Virus record (IMG/VR): IMGVR_UViG_3300044711_000095
Location: 18,540-82,539 of that record
Source of the DNA: a virus
Lineage: Duplodnaviria; Caudoviricetes
Length of the DNA: 64,000 nt
Direction: 5' to 3' (one strand)
Positions within the stretch are counted from its first letter, which is position 1. The number at the start of each line of letters is the position of its first letter. Made by a program: the position numbers and the translations under genes. The notes beneath the pieces were generated by a model. It had not been told where the DNA came from. It did no database searches and saw only the letters and a list, made by a program, of their open reading frames with translations. This document shows positions 17,869-29,124 of this stretch, in pieces.

Positions 17869-19229
17869 ACGGTTATCAGAGCTACCTCGCCCGGAAAGTG
17901 CAGGCAACCGACGGCGACGGATTCACCCCCACCTGGATGCCCGACGTCCTGTTCGACTTCCAGGCCGCCCTCACCGAATGGGCGCTCCACCGGGGCAGGG
18001 CCGCGATCCTCGCCGACTGCGGCACGGGCAAAGCCATCATGGGCCTCGTGTGGGCCGAGAACGTCCGGCGTCACACCGGGAGACCCGTCCTCATCACCAC
18101 CCCCCTCGCCGTTTCGTTCCAACTTGAAGCGGAAGCCGCGAAGTTCGGGATCGAAGCGGCCGTATCCCGTACCGGGAAGCCATCCGCGGGGATCACCATC
18201 ACCAACTACGAGCAGCTGGAGAAATTCACCCCAGACCATTTCGGTGGCGTCGTCTGCGACGAATCATCCGCGATCAAAGCGTTCGACGGGAAACGCCGCG
18301 CGATCGTCACCGAATTCCTGCGGACCCTCCCGTACCGGCTCCTGTGCACCGCCACCGCCGCCCCCAACGACTACATCGAACTCGGCACATCCTCCGAGGC
18401 CCTCGGCCACCTCGGGCACGTCGACATGCTGAACAGGTTCTTCACGAACAAGCAGAAGACGTCCGCGACGAACCGGATGGCCGGTCAGGCCGCCGAATGG
18501 CGGTTCAAGGGCCACGCCGAGAACGAATTCTGGCGGTGGGTCGCCTCCTGGGCCCGCGCCCTGCGCCGACCCTCCGACCTCGGGTTCGACGACGCCGCGT
18601 TCATCCTGCCCACCCTGGAGTACCGGACCCACGTCGTGGAGGCCCTCACGACCGCTGAAGGCACCCTGTTCGACATGCCGGCCCGCGGCCTGCGGGAGGA
18701 ACGGGAGGAGACCCGCCGCACCATCACCGAACGGTGCGAGTCGACCGCGGCCCTCCTCGAAGGCGTCGACCATGCGGTGGCGTGGTGCCAGTTGAACGAC
18801 GAATCGACGCTGCTCACCGGACTGATCGACGGCGCCGTCGAGGTCAGCGGGTCCGACTCCCCCGACGCGAAGGAAGAGAAACTCGTCGCGTTCGGCCGGG
18901 GCGACATCCGGGTCCTCGTCACCAAGCCCGTCATCGGGGCGTGGGGCTTGAACTGGCAGCACTGCAACCGGATGACGTACTTCCCGAACCACTCCTACGA
19001 ACAGCTGTACCAGGCGGTGCGCCGGTCCTGGCGGTACGGGCAGCAGCGTCCCGTCACCGTCGACATCGTCACCACTGAGGGCGGCGCGAACGTGATGGCG
19101 AACCTCCAGCGGAAAGCCGCGCAAGCCGAAGCCATGTTTGATTCCCTCATCAACCACATGCGTGACGCCGCCACGATCCGTCCCGGCGTCACCTACGACC
19201 AGGAAGTGGTGCTCCCGTCATGGCTCTGA
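17865..19229 (+). CDS. SNF2/DEAD-like helicase
   Basis: ADCGTGKA, VVCDESS, LCTATAAPND, GLNWQHC, QAVRRSWRYGQ. Confidence 0.88.
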   Translation: MNGYQSYLARKVQATDGDGFTPTWMPDVLFDFQAALTEWALHRGRAAILADCGTGKAIMGLVWAENVRRHTGRPVLITTPLAVSFQLEAEAAKFGIEAAVSRTGKPSAGITITNYEQLEKFTPDHFGGVVCDESSAIKAFDGKRRAIVTEFLRTLPYRLLCTATAAPNDYIELGTSSEALGHLGHVDMLNRFFTNKQKTSATNRMAGQAAEWRFKGHAENEFWRWVASWARALRRPSDLGFDDAAFILPTLEYRTHVVEALTTAEGTLFDMPARGLREEREETRRTITERCESTAALLEGVDHAVAWCQLNDESTLLTGLIDGAVEVSGSDSPDAKEEKLVAFGRGDIRVLVTKPVIGAWGLNWQHCNRMTYFPNHSYEQLYQAVRRSWRYGQQRPVTVDIVTTEGGANVMANLQRKAAQAEAMFDSLINHMRDAATIRPGVTYDQEVVLPSWL

Positions 19230-20272
19230 TCACCGACAGCACCATCACCGACAGGTACGCCCTGTATCTCGGCGATTCCATGGACGTGATGGGCGAGATC
19301 CCCGACAGCACGGTCCACGCGGTCGTGTACTCCCCTCCGTTCGCGTACGGGGAGGAAGGCGTCGGCGGTGCCGGACTGTATAAGTACAGTTCGAACCCGC
19401 GCGACCTGTCGAACGCTGGCGGCCTCGCCGGGTTCCTGGAGGCGTACGGTTTCTTCGTCCGCGAACTGCACCGCATCACGATGCCGGGCCGCCTCCACGC
19501 CGTCCACTGCATGGACACCCCGATGGGGAACTCCGGCGGTGACACCCTCCATGACTTCCCCGGCGACATCATCCGCCTCCACCAGGCGACCGGGTTCGAC
19601 TACATCGCCCGGCACGTCATCTGGAAGGAGCCCCTCGCGGTCCGGAACCGGACGATGGTGAAGGACCTCACCCACAAGACGATCGTCGATGACGCGTCCC
19701 GGGCCGGTGTCGCATCCGCCGACCACCTCCTGATCTTCCGGAAGCGGGGCGAGAACCCGGTCCCCGTCACCCACCCGAACGGGTTCACCACCTACCACGG
19801 TGCATCCTCGCCACCGGCCGACGTCCTGCGGTACCGGAACTGGGCGGGCGAGCAGATCGCGAACCGGTACTCGCAGTGGGTGTGGCGCCAGTACGCGTCC
19901 AGCGTGTGGGACGACATCCGGGGGAACCTCGGCCAGTACGACCAGCGGGGCGTCACCGGCGTCCTGCCGTACCGGGAGGCCCGCGACGAGGAAGACGAAC
20001 GGCACGTGCACCCCCTCCAGTTGGATGTCTCCCGCCGGTTCGTGGACATGCGGACCAACCCGGGCGAGACCGTGTACACGCCGTTCGCCGGGGTTGGTTC
20101 CGAGGTATACGCGGCCGTCGAGCTGGGCCGCCGCGGGATCGGGTCGGAGCTGAAACCGTCCTACTACCGGCAGGCCGTCAAGAACCTAGCGGCCGTCGAC
20201 ACCGACAACGCGGAGGACCCGACCCTGTTCGAGGTCGACTTCCAGAACGACACCGAGGACGTGACCCTGTGA
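19220..20272 (+). CDS. N4-cytosine/N6-adenine DNA methyltransferase
   Basis: LYLGDSM, VYSPPF, HVHPLQLD, VYTPFAGVGSE, GSELKPSYY. Confidence 0.9.
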   Translation: MALITDSTITDRYALYLGDSMDVMGEIPDSTVHAVVYSPPFAYGEEGVGGAGLYKYSSNPRDLSNAGGLAGFLEAYGFFVRELHRITMPGRLHAVHCMDTPMGNSGGDTLHDFPGDIIRLHQATGFDYIARHVIWKEPLAVRNRTMVKDLTHKTIVDDASRAGVASADHLLIFRKRGENPVPVTHPNGFTTYHGASSPPADVLRYRNWAGEQIANRYSQWVWRQYASSVWDDIRGNLGQYDQRGVTGVLPYREARDEEDERHVHPLQLDVSRRFVDMRTNPGETVYTPFAGVGSEVYAAVELGRRGIGSELKPSYYRQAVKNLAAVDTDNAEDPTLFEVDFQNDTEDVTL

Positions 20273-21405
20273 AGCTGAAGATCGAGAGAGACGCTCTCGT
20301 GGAGGCCGTGACGTGGGCGGCCCGCGCGCTGCCCGCGAAACCGGCGATCCCCGTCCTGTCCGGCATCATGATCGACGCGACGGCTGGGGCGATGGCCGAC
20401 GGTGAGGTCCGGATGTCCGCGTTCGACTACGAAACCTCCGCCCGGATCACCACTGGCGCGGACGTCACCGAACCCGGCCAGGCGCTCGTGTCGGGCCGGC
20501 TCCTCGCCGACATCTGCAAGTCCCTCCCGGCCAAGCCCGTCGACCTGGTCCTGGACGGCACGCAGGTGAAAGTGACGTGCGGGTCCGCGAAGTTCAAGCT
20601 CCTCACCATGCCGACCGGCGAGTACCCGTCGATGCCGACCGCCCCCGACCAGTCCGGCACCGTCCCGAGTGACGTGTTCGCGCACGCCGTCGCGCAGGTC
20701 GCGGTCGCCGCGTCCCGGGACATCTCGAACCCGGTCCTGACCGCGCTCCGTATCATCGCTGAGGGGGACCGGCTCACGTTCATGGCGACCGACCGGTACC
20801 GTCTCGCGGTCCGCACCTTCGACTGGACCCCGGACGACCCGAACGTGGAGGCCGCCTTGAACGTCCGGGCGTTCGTCCTGTCGGAGGCCGCGAAAACCCT
20901 CCCGGCCGCCGGCATGGTGTCCCTCGGCTTCAGCGACGGCATGATCGGCCTGGACGCCGGGTCCCGGACCGTCACGTCCCTACTCACGGACGGCCAGTAC
21001 CCGGACGCCCTACGCCTGTTCCCCACCGCGTTCAACCACACCGCTGTCGTGGACGTCGCGTCCCTCGTCGAGTCCGTGAAACGGGTCGCCCTGGTCGCGG
21101 AGAAGAACACCCCGGTCCGGCTCGCGTTCACCGACGGCGCCGTCGACCTGACCGCCGGTCGGGGCGAGGACGCGTCGGGCGAGGACGGGATGGACGCCTA
21201 CCTGGACGGCGGCCCGATCGATGCGGCGTTCAACCCCCAGTTCCTCGTCGACGGATTGAACGCGTTGAACTGCCCGTACGCCCGGTTCTCGTTCACGGAA
21301 GCCGGGAAACCGGTCGTGTTGACGGGCCAGGTGATGGCGGACGGGCCCGATGAGTCCAGCTACCGGTACCTGATCATGCCGGTCCGGTCGGGCGCCCCGG
21401 CGTGA
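20269..21405 (+). CDS. dnaN: DNA polymerase III beta sliding clamp
   Basis: MKLKIERDAL..PVLSGI, SAFDYETSA, ATDRYRLA, AFNPQFLVDGL, YRYLIMPVR. Confidence 0.95.
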   Translation: MKLKIERDALVEAVTWAARALPAKPAIPVLSGIMIDATAGAMADGEVRMSAFDYETSARITTGADVTEPGQALVSGRLLADICKSLPAKPVDLVLDGTQVKVTCGSAKFKLLTMPTGEYPSMPTAPDQSGTVPSDVFAHAVAQVAVAASRDISNPVLTALRIIAEGDRLTFMATDRYRLAVRTFDWTPDDPNVEAALNVRAFVLSEAAKTLPAAGMVSLGFSDGMIGLDAGSRTVTSLLTDGQYPDALRLFPTAFNHTAVVDVASLVESVKRVALVAEKNTPVRLAFTDGAVDLTAGRGEDASGEDGMDAYLDGGPIDAAFNPQFLVDGLNALNCPYARFSFTEAGKPVVLTGQVMADGPDESSYRYLIMPVRSGAPA

Positions 21406-21583
21406 CCGCTGGCCGCGATGCCGTGCAGGGGGTTGAGGAATCGATCCCCTGCACGGCATGCCCACACGATGTGGACGCCCATGACGAACGGGGGCGTTGC
21501 CTGAACGGTGATGGCGGGATCCACGACATTCTCGGCTGGACCCCTCCGCCGGGCATGGAGCCGTGCGGCTGCGGGTGGAACCG

Positions 21584-22105
21584 GTGACCTTCGGTGAGCG
21601 CCGCAAGCCCCTGCCCCGTGGCGGACCCATCGCCAGGAAAACGGAACTGCGGAACACCACCCCGCTGGCGCCCGGCGGGGCGCTGGCCCGCACGCCGCTC
21701 ACCCCAGGCAGCCAGCCGACCCGGAAGCCCCTGAAGGCCGCGTGGACACCACCCGGTGACGCGGAGAAGAACGCCAAGAACGTCGTGGAGGCCCGCTCGC
21801 GTGGCGCATGCGAAGTGTGCCTCCAGCCGGGCGACGACTGGTCCCACCGGATCGGCGCCGGCGTAGGCGGCCCCTGGACACCCGAGAACGGCGTGTACAT
21901 GTGCCGCGCCGGGCATGCTGCCCTCCACCGGGAACGGAACCGCGCGAACGACGGCGGCTGGCACCTCTGGTCGTGGCAGGACCCGCCCGGCCAGTGGCCC
22001 GTGTGGCTCGCCACCGGGTGGGTCCACTTGCTCCCCGACGGCACGACCAGACCGGCGCCCCACCGGCCCCGCCCCCTGTGGCTTCCCTGCGGAGGACGAC
22101 CATGA
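21584..22105 (+). CDS. HNH-family nuclease
   Basis: ARSRGACEVC..SHR..GGPWTPENGVYMC..H..H. Confidence 0.7.
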   Translation: MTFGERRKPLPRGGPIARKTELRNTTPLAPGGALARTPLTPGSQPTRKPLKAAWTPPGDAEKNAKNVVEARSRGACEVCLQPGDDWSHRIGAGVGGPWTPENGVYMCRAGHAALHRERNRANDGGWHLWSWQDPPGQWPVWLATGWVHLLPDGTTRPAPHRPRPLWLPCGGRP

Positions 22106-22458
22106 ACGGACAGGTACCAGACAACCCGGTCTCCATCGAAGAGGAACTCCGGAAACTCGTCACGTGGATCACCCAAGCGGTGTCCGCGAACGACGCTGCG
22201 TACCGAGCGAAGCTGCAGGCCGAACACGACTACCGGGTGGCGTACGCCCGGGCCTACGTCCGGGCCACGGGCCCGCAGACGGAGAAGCGGTACATCGCGG
22301 ACCTGGAAACCGTCGCCGAAGCGCAGGCCCGGGACGTCACCGACGCCGCCCACCGGTACGCCCTCGACAAGCACCGTGCGCTACGGGACCGGCTCGAAGC
22401 GGTTAGATCAATTGGCGCCTCGGTACGCGAGGCTTACCGGTCGAGCGGCGTCCTGTGA
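22102..22458 (+). CDS. Helical hypothetical protein
   Basis: GGAGG RBS; coupled to the upstream gene. Confidence 0.65.
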   Translation: MNGQVPDNPVSIEEELRKLVTWITQAVSANDAAYRAKLQAEHDYRVAYARAYVRATGPQTEKRYIADLETVAEAQARDVTDAAHRYALDKHRALRDRLEAVRSIGASVREAYRSSGVL

Positions 22459-22520
22459 CGATTTGCCTCGACACGCCTTGACCTGCCGAGATAAGCCGCA
22501 GGTGACGCTACAATTGGGTT

Positions 22521-22703
22521 GTGCCCACGCCGATCCGTGGTGTCCGCGTCGACCTCGACGAATGGGACCGCGCCCTCACCGCCCTACGCAACCTCACCTG
22601 CTCGCACCGGGTCGTCATCACCCTCAAGCCGGGGATGTCCCGTACCGATGCCGTGAACGAGTTCATCGCCCACGTCGCCCGCCTCCAGGAGGACCCCCAG
22701 TGA
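22521..22703 (+). CDS. Small RHH-like protein, leaderless
   Basis: TACAAT 6 nt before GTG; IRGVRVDLDEW beta-helix start. Confidence 0.6.
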   Translation: MPTPIRGVRVDLDEWDRALTALRNLTCSHRVVITLKPGMSRTDAVNEFIAHVARLQEDPQ

Positions 22704-24151
22704 CCGACCTGATCGTTGATCTCTTCGCGGGGGCGGGCGGCTGGGATGAGGGGATGTTGGCCCTCGACCTGGACGCGAACGTCGTGGGGATCGAGTGGGA
22801 CGAGTGGGCATGCCGGACCGGGAAAGCTGCTGGCCACGCCAGGGTCCGCGCTGATGTTTCTGTGCTGCACCCGGCGTTCTTCCCGATGACCGGCTTGATC
22901 GCCAGCCCGCCGTGTACCAAGTTCTCCGCCGCCGGTTCAGGGGTCGGCCGAAAGGTGATCTCCGTTCTGGTCCGTGCCGTCCGGTCCCTCCTGAACGGCG
23001 AGGATGTCCGCGCCGAGGTCATCGACGCGATCTACCCGATGTGTCTGCGGGACCGGCAGGCCGCGAACAACAAGCGCGCCGAAGAGAAACGGTCCACGCC
23101 TGAGCAGGTGGAACGGTCCGCCCGGGAGGACGCCGCCTGCACAGCTCTGGTGCTGGAGCCAGCCCGGTGGATCAACAGCGGTAACCCGGAGTGGGTCGCG
23201 TTCGAGCAGGTCCCCGACGTCCTGCCGATCTGGCGGGAGTACGTCCGGGTCCTGAAGGAGATGGGCTGGTCGGCGTGATGCGGCGTGCTCAACGCCGCCG
23301 ACTTCGGTGTCCCGCAAACCCGGGAAAGGGCCATCCTCATCGCGTCCCGGGTCAGGGCCGTTGCTCCACCGGAGCCGACGCACGCCGAGCACGCCCAAGG
23401 CGAGGACTTGTTCGGTGGCACCGGTCGGGCGCGGTGGGTGTCGATGGCTCAGGCGTTGGGCTGGGGGTTGCAAGCCGAACCGCCTCCGGTCGTCATGACT
23501 GCCCGGGGCCGGCAGGCCGGGCCTGAGGACGTGCTGCGCGGTTCGTCGTGGCGGGCGCAGTGGTGGCAGGACGTCGCGGATGACCCAAGTCGGTTCTCCC
23601 CGAAGCCGACCGGGATCGTGGTCAACACCCGGGGCGACCGGAAGACGCCAGGTGGGAACGAGTTCTCCGCAGACCGGCCATCCTGGGCGCTGACGGAGAA
23701 GACACGATCCTGGATCGTGTCTTCTCCGTCAGGCTGGGCCATGGGGGACGTGCGGTCAGCCAACGGGACGGTCCGCCCCGCTGGCTCGCCTTCCGCGACG
23801 ATTCCCGGGGCGATGGACAACGGGAACTGGCGGTGGGTGTACCGGGGGTCGAACCAGGCGAACGCGGCGCGTCGGCCCCTCAACGAACCGGCCCCGAACG
23901 TGAACTTCGGGGCCCGGTCGAACAAGGTCGAGTGGATGCCTGAGCCGATCGCGGAGGACCCGAAGGCCAGTGGGGTCCGGGTGACTGTCCAGGAGGCGGC
24001 TGTCCTGCAGTCGTTCCCGTGGGACTACCCGTGGCAGGGGTCGAAGTCGCGGCAGTTCTTGCAGGTCGGCAATGCCGTCTGCCCGCTGCTGGCGGCGCAT
24101 GTGGTGGCGGCTGCGTCGGGGGCAAGGTTCCGTGAGGAGGTCGCGGCGTGA
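22700..24151 (+). pseudogene. C5 cytosine DNA methyltransferase interrupted by an in-frame TGA at 23276-23278
   Basis: FAGAGG, ASPPC and EQV lie before the stop; LNAADFGVPQTRERA and LQSFP..QVGNAV lie after it in the same frame. Confidence 0.85.
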
Positions 24152-24895
24152 CGGACCTCGGTCAGATCACGACGAAGCAGCTCGCGCGGATGCCGGGCCA
24201 TGTGCGGCGCCGGGTCCTCGAAGCGGTCCGGCAGGAGGAGTTGGTGGCGGAGCGTGCGGCGCGGGAGGAGCGGTACCTGAGGGCTGTGCGTGCTGCGGCG
24301 CGGGCTGAGTCGGGTAGGGAGGCGATGCGCCTGGCTTTGAACCTTTACGAGGCCCACAAGCGGGGTCGGGGGCGGGCGTTGACGGTAGTGGAGATGGATC
24401 TGGTGCGGGAGGCGTGGCGGGTGCGGCGGTTGGCGTTGAAGGCTGCGGGGGTCACCCAAAAGAATGACCCAAAATGATTGCGCTGGCTGTCCACGCCCCG
24501 TAGAGTCGAACACGACGCCGCCGCCCAACCCGGTTGACCGCATCAGACAGAGCCCCGGGCCGGCGGCGGCACCCAATCCTCCCACCCAGGAGCAACCCTT
24601 GCTCATCCTCGCCACGGCCCTCGACGACATCGCGTCGATGCTGAACGCGACCGGCCACCCCGTGCACTCCGCGACCGTCATGTACTTCCCGCTCCCTGGT
24701 GACGCGGACATCCACCTGGTCCTCCGTGCCCCCATCAGCGCACAGGCCGCCGACGCCCTCCTGGCGGACCTCGGCGGGATAGCCGTCCACCACTCGGCCC
24801 CCTACGGCACCGTGGGCGCCCCCCGGGTGAACGTGACCGCGTACTTCCGCCGGTGGTCGCTCGGTGTCCAGATCGTCGCGGACGCCGACCGGTGA
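24148..24895 (+). CDS. Two hypotheticals (24148-24477, 24464-24895)
   Basis: Coupled ORFs. Confidence 0.55.
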
Positions 24896-25248
24896 CCCGC
24901 CACCTGGCGACCCTCACCATCCCCGGGGCGGTGATACCGAAGGGCCGGCCCCGGTTCGGGAACGGCAGGGTCTACACGCCCGCCGAAACCAAGGACTACG
25001 AGCTGAAGATCGGGTGGGTCGCGAAGGCGTTCATGAAGTCCCGGCGGCCCGTCACCGGCTGGTTGAAGGTGGCGATCGACTTGTACGGGGACGTCGCGCA
25101 CATCGATTCGGACAATGCAGCCAAGTCGATTTTGGACGGAATGAACAAAATCGTCTACAAGGACGACCGGCAGGTCGACATCCTCACCGTGACCCGCCAC
25201 CGCGACACCCCAGACCCGAGGGCCGTCGTCATCATCACCGAACTCTGA
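24892..25248 (+). CDS. rusA: Holliday junction resolvase
   Basis: PKGRPRF..YTP..T..YE; DSDNAAKSILDG; YKDDRQV. Confidence 0.9.
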   Translation: MTRHLATLTIPGAVIPKGRPRFGNGRVYTPAETKDYELKIGWVAKAFMKSRRPVTGWLKVAIDLYGDVAHIDSDNAAKSILDGMNKIVYKDDRQVDILTVTRHRDTPDPRAVVIITEL

Positions 25249-25269
25249 CCACTAACCAAGGAGAACAGC

Positions 25270-26896
25270 ATGCCCCTCAGCGACCCCCGCGACGACGCCG
25301 AGACCACCATGTACACCGCCCTGGCCATCGGCCTCGGAGGAGGTAACGCGTCCGACGCGATCCTCGCCCAGGAGTCCCGCGGCCAGCAGCAGATCCTCAC
25401 CTCCGCCGTCCTGCCCACCGACATGGGCGACCGGGCCGAGTACGAGGCACTCGGGTTCACGTTCGGTGACCCCGTCCCCGGTGACCCGATGTTCACGAAC
25501 GCGACCCTCCCGCGGGGCTGGTCCAGGGAGGGCAGCGACCACGCGATGTGGTCGTACCTGGTCGACGCCGACGGCAACCGGCGGGCCTCGATCTTCTACA
25601 AGGCCGCGTTCTACGACCGCAGCGCCCACATGTCCCTGAACACCGTGTACTCGCTGATGTACGACTGCGTGTACAACAACCAGCCCCCGACCCTCAACGC
25701 GTGGGTGACCCGCGAGGCGGCCGTGGAGGCGCTGACCGCACTCGTGGAACGGTTCGAGAAGGACGCCGCTGAGGCCGCCACGATCGGTGGGAGCTACGCC
25801 GAGACGTACGGCCCGAAGTCTCTCGCTCAGGCGGAGGCCGCCCGGTCCATCCGTGACCAGATCGCCTCCGGGTCCTGATGTCCGCGGCGGAGTACGCGGC
25901 GGCTGCCCTGGCCACGGTCGGTAGTGGCGTCCTGGGACACCTGTTCGGGATGGCGAAGTGCACCGCCGCGTACAACCGTGGCCTGGCCCGCGGCACGCAG
26001 ATCACCATCGAGACGTACACGGCCCTGACCGGGATCGACCTGAGCGATGAAGGCGGCGGGAACTGATGTCCACCATCGGGGAGATCACCTACCGGTCCAG
26101 GCACCGCCTGGCCGCCTGGTGGGACAAGAAGTGGACGAAGGCCCGGTGGTCGATCGCCGGCAAGGCGAACCGGCTGCCCTGGTTCTGTTGGGCCGACCTC
26201 GTCGACTGGTCGTTGCACAACCGTACCCGCGCCAAGGACCGGTTCCCGCTGCCGTCCCGGGTAACGTCCTGCCGGGAGGATGCCGCGCGCAGCGGTTCCT
26301 GTTGGTGCGCCAAATTCCAGACCTGCGCGTTCCAGGTCAAGTACCCGCAGGTAACCCCCGGGATCGTGGTCCCGGCTTCCACGGAAGGTGAAGGGTCATG
26401 ACGGCCACCGCCCGGGTCTGTGGATGCGACACGTTCGAAGACCACGTCGAACCACACACCGACCCTGTCCTCGGTATCGAGCACGGGGAACGGTCCACCC
26501 TGAACGAGGACCCGGAACCGATCGAAGTCCCCGGATCCGCTGGCCCCCACTCGTGGTCCTCGCCTGAGGCGTACTGCCTGTGCGGGCACCCGATCTACGC
26601 GACGTGCGCCGCGTTGCCCGAGGGCGGCGTGATGGGCCTGACGATCTCACGCGGACCGGGATGGACCGAAGGTGGTGGCGGTGGCGACGGACCCTGACCC
26701 CGAAACCGTCCAGCGGATCATCTCCCGGTACCGGGAGATCAGGGACCACGAGAAGGGCGGGATCCGCCGCCTCGCCTCCGAGTTCGGGGTTTCCCGGGAG
26801 GTCGCCCGCCGTCTCCTGTCCGCTCACGGCGTCCTCGCTGCCCGTGGTCGGCCCCCGGCCAAGTGGAACCGGACGGGAGCTTCAGGAACCGGCTGA
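25270..26896 (+). CDS. Five hypotheticals (25270-25878, 25878-26066, 26066-26401, 26398-26697, and HTH-like 26672-26896)
   Basis: Coupled ORFs; the last has GIRRLASEFGVSREVARRLL. Confidence 0.6.
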
Positions 26897-26990
26897 ACTG
26901 GCCGTTCTGGTAAGACCCCCCGTACGTCCGGTGCCCGGCCCACCCCCTCTGCGGGCCGGGCACCGGCCTCTCCGAAAGGCACAGCACGTC

Positions 26991-27254
26991 ATGATCCGGA
27001 CCCGGCTCACCTACACCGCGCTCACCCTCGCCGTCCTCGGGGCGCTTGTCGGTGCCGCAGCATGCGGTCGTGCCGATGACGCTGTACAGACCAAGACGGA
27101 AAACAGGAACCCGCGCATCGGGGCCGTCGAGGTGTGGCCAGACGACCTCTCGACGTCGAAGAGGTGTGACGGAACGACCCTCGTCTACACCAGAGACGCT
27201 GGATCCTCCGGTTCCATCGCTGTCGTCCCGTCCAGCCCGGAGTGCACCCCTTGA
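26991..27254 (+). CDS. Putative lipoprotein
   Basis: Signal peptide ending AAAC-G; KRCDGTTLVY...ECTP. Confidence 0.7.
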   Translation: MIRTRLTYTALTLAVLGALVGAAACGRADDAVQTKTENRNPRIGAVEVWPDDLSTSKRCDGTTLVYTRDAGSSGSIAVVPSSPECTP

Positions 27255-28271
27255 TCACCTACGTTGGCCCTGGCGGAACCGGAGGATTCCGTGGATGGCT
27301 CGCCCGCGTCGGACATCACCAGTGGCGCCTCTACGTCCCCCTCGTCTGCTTGAACGCCTGCCCTGTCCCGGCCACCGGCCCCCTGTCGTGGCTCCCGGTG
27401 GTCCCCCTCGGGGGGCTGCTGCTGTGGGTTGCCGCGACATCCGCCCACGAGCTTGCCCTGTGCGAGACCTGCATCAGCGACTTCCCCTTGGACGCCCAGG
27501 CCCAGGCCGAACGGAAGATCCTTCTCCTGCGGCTGTCCCACTGGTCCCGGACGGGGAGGGGAACGATGGTGTGGGTGGCGGTCCTGGCCGCTGCTGTCCT
27601 CATCCCGTCGGTGGTGTGGCATGGGTGGCGCTGGTGGCCGACGCTGATGTTGGCGTCGATCCCGTGGATGGTCAACGAGAACGCTGCCCTGACCCACAAG
27701 CGGCTCCGGCCGGTGTGCCCGATCTGTCGTGGCAGGGACGGCGGGGGTGGCAGGGACGTGCCGGTGGTTGACCCGGACCCGGTGGATTCCACGCCCCGCA
27801 CCCCGGCGCCAGCCGCGTGAGCGTCCGCTGGTGGCTCTGCTACGCCCTGGGGGTCGCGTATCTCCTGGCCGTCGCCGCTGTGGCGTCCACGGACCCGGAG
27901 ACGCCCAACTACCGGGATCCGCTGCCTGAACGGTGCGCCCGGATGGGTGGTCGCCTGGTTCCCGACCGTGAACTGTGCCAACTACCCGAAGGGATACGTG
28001 TTCCATGACCACCACAGAGACCACACTCCGGCCCGGCCTGTACGGCGGCCGGCTCGACCTCACCGGGAAGTCCTACGGCCTAGGCATTCCCACCGCGACC
28101 GCGCGGGATCTGATCACCGAAGCTGCCGCCGCGTATCGGGACGCTGGGCTCCCCGCCGACGGCACGCCGACGATCACCATCGTGTTCGTCACCGCACCGG
28201 CTGACCCTCCGTTCCCGGCAATGGCCGAGTGGGTCGCCTACTGGGGATACACGATGGGAAGCACGCCATGA
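27251..28271 (+). CDS. Membrane and hypothetical proteins (27251-27820, 27817-28008, 28005-28271)
   Basis: TM segments, Cys pairs, coupled starts. Confidence 0.6.
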
Positions 28272-28759
28272 CCATTATCGGTTTCACCGGCGCCCGGGAA
28301 GTCACCCCCATGCAGCGCCTGTACATCCGGGCTGTCCTGCGGCACCTCCCTGCCGACACGTACGTCACGGGCGCGTGCACAGGCGTCGATGAGGTGATCG
28401 CCCGAGCCGTGGCCGAGTACTACCCTGACGCCCGGAACCTGATCGTCGTACCGTCGGGCCGGTCCTACGTCAGCCACGCGTTCCTCGTGGACATGGCCCG
28501 CGCCGGTGCGACCATCAATCTGATGGCGCCGGGCACGACCTACAAGGACCGTAACCAGGTCATCGTCGACCAGTCGCAGCGGCTGGTCGGGTTCCCTGCG
28601 TTCGCTGAAGGCCACGACAAGGGCCAAACCTCCGGGACGTGGCCGACCATCCGGATGGCCCGCAGAGCGTTCGTAGCCGGCCTGCACATCGAGGAACCTG
28701 ACGTCCGGATCCTCACCGAACTGGTGCCCGCCACCGGTGTGCGGAGGGAAGACGCATGA
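28268..28759 (+). CDS. SLOG-superfamily (YspA/DprA-like) nucleotide-binding protein
   Basis: IGFTGAR, VTGACTGVD, RNQVIVD, SGTW.TIRMARR. Confidence 0.75.
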   Translation: MTIIGFTGAREVTPMQRLYIRAVLRHLPADTYVTGACTGVDEVIARAVAEYYPDARNLIVVPSGRSYVSHAFLVDMARAGATINLMAPGTTYKDRNQVIVDQSQRLVGFPAFAEGHDKGQTSGTWPTIRMARRAFVAGLHIEEPDVRILTELVPATGVRREDA

Positions 28760-29124
28760 CCCAGATGCGTGCCCCGTGGACACAAGACCAGGTCGCCGCG
28801 CTCAACGCCTGGCAGCAGGGACCTGTCCACCCGTTCGCGTGCGGGAACTGCCGCGCTGATTTGGTCGCCACCACCGACGGGTGGACCTGCCCCCAAGAGG
28901 GCTGCGGGTACACCCAGGCGTGGGCCCACGACTTCATGGCCGACCCGGAAACCCTCACCGGGATCTACTCGTGGAACCCAGGCTGGACCCGGACAGCCAA
29001 CCCGAAGCCGCCGGCAGGACCAGGCATGGTGCACACCTGCGTTACCCCGCCGTCCATGTCGTGCAACGCGTGCATGGAGACCTACACCTCCGACGACGAC
29101 GACATCACGGAGCCACCCGAATGA
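28756..29124 (+). CDS. Zn-ribbon hypothetical protein
   Basis: HPFACGNC..L..T.DGWTC..CGYTQ.WAH. Confidence 0.65.
   Translation: MTQMRAPWTQDQVAALNAWQQGPVHPFACGNCRADLVATTDGWTCPQEGCGYTQAWAHDFMADPETLTGIYSWNPGWTRTANPKPPAGPGMVHTCVTPPSMSCNACMETYTSDDDDITEPPE

Noticed and set aside
23276-23278. Selenocysteine or genome-wide TGA recoding
   Set aside because: TGA is the normal stop for most genes here and no SECIS-like hairpin is evident
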